64,000 bases of DNA from Plasmodiophora brassicae (taxonomy: Eukaryota), in the NCBI GenBank assembly GCA_036867785.1, contig CP145416.1, positions 1,302,001-1,366,000 of the forward strand, given 5' to 3'. The position numbers and the translations under genes were made by a program. The notes under the pieces are model-generated. The model did no database searches. It was given only the letters and a program-made list of their open reading frames with translations, and was not told where the DNA came from. Numbering within the stretch: the stretch's first letter is position 1; every line of letters starts with the position of its first letter. Positions 61,074 through 64,000 of this stretch are shown here, piece after piece.

Positions 61074-63251
61074 ATGGGTCGATCACGATCGTCTGGAGGG
61101 CAACGAACGCGCACAGCGGCCCAGTTCCGTGTCAGCAACCGGGCCAAGTACCATGTCCCCGCCGAGTTATGGGCGGACGCCGTTGTCGGTTTGGGCCTGG
61201 TTCGTCGCCGCCTTCGCGTGTCGGAAGGAGCGAGCCGCCCTGTCACCGGGAGCAAGCCCCTGGCCAAGAACTCGGTGCATGCCTACGGCAAGCACATACG
61301 TGGACTAAGGTACTACTGTTGCCTGGTCGGTGACTACGACAGCCTGCTTGTCCTGCAGGACGATGCGCCATCTGACCACTGCCCGTCAATGAGTGCGAAG
61401 ACCTTATCGAACTTTGTTCGGTTCAAGAGGGGCGTCCAGGGGACGCCGCTTGTCGATGCCTCGGGCGTGCCCGTCCTGGATCGGCGTGGGCAGCCTGTCG
61501 TCTGCCAAGGCGGGTGGAATGGCCCTGGCAACGTGGAGCAGTTCGAGTCGGCCGTTACGGCGGTGCATGCGGCGCGCGATCAACGTGGCAACTTTGAAGA
61601 CGCGTGCAACGCCTGCTGGGACGCGTTCCAGGCGGCGCGTCAAGCGAGTGCCTGCGGCCGGCATGTTGGACAGCATGATGATTCTTGCGACACATGCTGG
61701 GCGACGTTCTCGAGATCGAATCAGTCTTTCGGCTGCTTTCATCACGTCGGACAGCCACGTCTGTGGCGGCGCGGCAATCCTGTGCTGAGTCAAGTTGCGG
61801 TCGACACCAAGCAATGGGTGAAACGCGAGACGCAGGGGTACAAGGCAGAGGGTAACTTCGCTCTGCTGCCTGACCAGGTGCTGGAGATCAGGCGGCAGCT
61901 CGTTGCGACTGGCTCCCTCCGAGACTATTCCACCTGGGTGTCGATCCTGCTGGGCGTCCACCTGTTCCTGCGGGCCGACGAGATCGTCGACATCGCGCTT
62001 GAAGATTTCTTGCTCGAGATGACGGCCAAGGACGACCTGGACCGCGTCGATCAGCTCGTCGTGCAGGTCTGCGGCAAGTCGGAGAGGGCCAAGGCCGAGG
62101 GTCCCGTCAATCTGGTCTTGTACCGGCTTGATTCGCACCCGAAGCTATGCCCCATCCGGGCGTTGTTCACGCTGGTGTCTCGGACACGCATCAAGTCCGG
62201 GTTGGTCTTCGGCACGAAGCAACACCTTGACGCGATCGACCGAGGCGCCGCTTCGTTCGAATCGTTCCCGGATGGATTGTCCTACGACGAGTTCAACGCC
62301 GAGTTCGTTCGTGTTTGCAGGCCTGTCGTCGGCGACGACACGATGCACCGGTACGGCCCGCACTCGATCCGCAAGACGGCGTACCTGTTCGCCATCTGGG
62401 GTGGTGGCGACCTCGATCACATCAGGCAAGCGGCGCGCCACAAGACGCTCAAGAACGCGGAATTGTATTACCGCGATTCGAAAGCTCTGCTGGCCCGGGC
62501 GCGCAGGACGAACAGCCACGTACTGGCGTTGACGCCCAAGTGGGAGCCGATCTTCCTGGAGAACCTGCGCAACGCTCGGCGGATCGCTCTCGATAGCAGG
62601 TGCCCGCCGCAGTCGAGCTCGATACCCGGGTTGGCATCGACGTACGTCGCGACACAGCTCCGGGTCGATCCGGCGTCCGTGTCCCTGATGCAGCTCATCT
62701 CTCTGGCAGAGCGCGATATCCCTGAGACGCCGGCGTTTCAACAATTGGAACAACTGCTTCAAACGCATGTGCCCCAGCTGGCACAGACGATGATGTCGCT
62801 GGTTAACCAGGTCGTTCTCCAACGACTCAACAATTCGGAATCTCAGCCAGCCATCCAGCAGCCACCGGCCCCGCCCCCAGTCCAACCGCCGATGGCGTCG
62901 TCATTGTCACCTCCGCCGCCGCTGCCGCAACCTGATCCGAACGATGACAACCGGGGGCGCGCGAGGCGAGGCGGTAATGTCGATCTTCCTGGGCGTTCAC
63001 AGCTGGCCAAGCTTTCGACTTCGTCGGAGAAGATTGTGCTGCTTCTATCCATCGAGGCGTCGCTGCCGGCCAGCAAGAAAGACCTGACCGAGCGTGCCCG
63101 CACGTTCGTCAATCAGGTCGTGACGCCAGTGCTGCGGTGCTACCGCGAACATTGCGCCTCGTCGTTGCCCGAATTCGTCGACAAGTGGGGGGCCAACTTC
63201 TCACACTCCCGGTTTTCGAAGGGGTGCGGTTGTGTGGAGCCGGCCCAATAA
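61074..63251 (+). CDS. Crypton-type tyrosine recombinase, intronless, intact
   Basis: Catalytic set R (FLRADE), K (CGKSE), HxxR (PHSIRKTAY), H (AARHKT), Y (ELYYRD); Cys/His-rich N-terminal region; Pro-rich linker; C-terminal helical domain. Confidence 0.9.
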   Translation: MGRSRSSGGQRTRTAAQFRVSNRAKYHVPAELWADAVVGLGLVRRRLRVSEGASRPVTGSKPLAKNSVHAYGKHIRGLRYYCCLVGDYDSLLVLQDDAPSDHCPSMSAKTLSNFVRFKRGVQGTPLVDASGVPVLDRRGQPVVCQGGWNGPGNVEQFESAVTAVHAARDQRGNFEDACNACWDAFQAARQASACGRHVGQHDDSCDTCWATFSRSNQSFGCFHHVGQPRLWRRGNPVLSQVAVDTKQWVKRETQGYKAEGNFALLPDQVLEIRRQLVATGSLRDYSTWVSILLGVHLFLRADEIVDIALEDFLLEMTAKDDLDRVDQLVVQVCGKSERAKAEGPVNLVLYRLDSHPKLCPIRALFTLVSRTRIKSGLVFGTKQHLDAIDRGAASFESFPDGLSYDEFNAEFVRVCRPVVGDDTMHRYGPHSIRKTAYLFAIWGGGDLDHIRQAARHKTLKNAELYYRDSKALLARARRTNSHVLALTPKWEPIFLENLRNARRIALDSRCPPQSSSIPGLASTYVATQLRVDPASVSLMQLISLAERDIPETPAFQQLEQLLQTHVPQLAQTMMSLVNQVVLQRLNNSESQPAIQQPPAPPPVQPPMASSLSPPPPLPQPDPNDDNRGRARRGGNVDLPGRSQLAKLSTSSEKIVLLLSIEASLPASKKDLTERARTFVNQVVTPVLRCYREHCASSLPEFVDKWGANFSHSRFSKGCGCVEPAQ

Positions 63252-63442
63252 ATTGGATGATTCGTTCCGGGCCTACCTGCGTTCCCAGCTGGCAATGCGT
63301 CGGTTTGCTTGCACCGCCCGGCTAAGTACATAGGCCTTAGCGGTCACAAAAGTGCGCAGTGCGCGCATTTTTTGTGACCCTCCTACCATCCTACCACGAC
63401 AGTAATGAAACTTTATGACGTTAATCCTGGGGTACAGTGCAC

Positions 63443-63471
63443 GATCGGACTCTTCAGATGAAACGGAGTGG
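63443..63471 (-). repeat. Right terminal inverted repeat of the mariner element
   Basis: Reverse complement of 59226-59254 with one mismatch, followed by TA. Confidence 0.92.
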
Positions 63472-63485
63472 TATTTGGTAGGGAA

Positions 63486-63675
63486 GATCCGATCGACGTC
63501 GACCAGCTCGACCGGAACGACAGCGCCCGCTACGACGGCCGGGTTGGGGAGCCCGGGTACCGGTTGCAGATCCACGAGAGGACGGCGTATGCGTCATCGC
63601 CAGCACAACACGCCTCGGGATGCGGCTGGTTGAACGGCTGGACATGCAGCGCCTGGAGCTATATTCGTCCTGTCT
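63486..63675 (+). pseudogene. Remnant of a paralog of the 56517-58868 REase-kinase gene
   Basis: 63494-63541 matches 57713-57760 almost exactly (DVDQLDRND[S/R]ARYDGR). Downstream ctggagctatattcgtcctgtc echoes LEYLRPL with a frameshift. Confidence 0.6.
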
Positions 63676-64000
63676 GCGGAGGCTGGCGGCGGACTGCCGT
63701 GAATGCGACCGTGCCGAGCAGGTGCCCACTCCGAGGTGGGCGTCGTCAGCGCCGCAGAAACGACGCTGCCGCCAACGGCGACAACGTACACTGCCGCCCC
63801 GTCGGCACCGTTCGGCACAATTAGTCGTCCTGGCCCAGATGCGCCTGCCTGCCCTGTACGTTCGCGACGACGTCGCCGCCAAACAGAGGCACGGGTCAAT
63901 GCGACCACTACGACCTCAATACGGTCTGCTGGACGCCAGGCGACGTTTCCGCCAGGTCTGCGAGATCGTACTGCACCTTGACGATAGGTACAAGTCATCG

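Larger units (their letters stand above)
59226..63471 (-). mobile_element. Tc1/mariner DNA transposon (plant/oomycete DD39D-like), 4246 bp, TA TSD, enclosing a tyrosine recombinase gene
   Basis: TIRs ctactccgtttcatctgaagagtccgatc (59226-59254) and gatcggactcttcagatgaaacggagtgg (63443-63471) match at 28/29; TA at 59224-59225 and 63472-63473. Confidence 0.92.

Overview
Compact, GC-rich eukaryotic DNA with many short (~50-90 nt) GT-AG introns and very short intergenic gaps. The style fits a phytomyxid protist such as Plasmodiophora brassicae (inference only). The left end (1-5.4 kb) is accessory-like: a decayed chromodomain-bearing Gypsy integrase, two copies of a short retroposon 3' end (one with a clean 14-bp TSD), two related secreted proteins and an intronless phosphatidylserine decarboxylase. 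The centre (6-52 kb) is gene dense: DnaJ, BCKDHB, a DH-PH-FYVE RhoGEF, an SLC35B4-like transporter, two PA-domain/7TM paralogs, a CBS protein, two syntaxins, a 2H phosphodiesterase, a truncated formin, a giant Furry-like protein ending in an RGS domain, a zf-4CXXC_R1 protein, methylcitrate synthase, LysRS, 14-3-3, phenylalanine hydroxylase, three adjacent DBR1 paralogs (one intact, two lacking catalytic residues) and a secreted alpha-carbonic anhydrase. The right end (52-64 kb) is accessory: a permuted inverted duplication, a Crinkler-like REase+kinase ORF and a 4.25-kb TA-flanked mariner element. Its 29-bp TIRs enclose both a transposase with one nonsense codon and an intact, divergently oriented Crypton-type tyrosine recombinase, which is the best candidate for a new system here. 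All family calls come from motif recognition by eye and exon boundaries were read manually; no searches were run.
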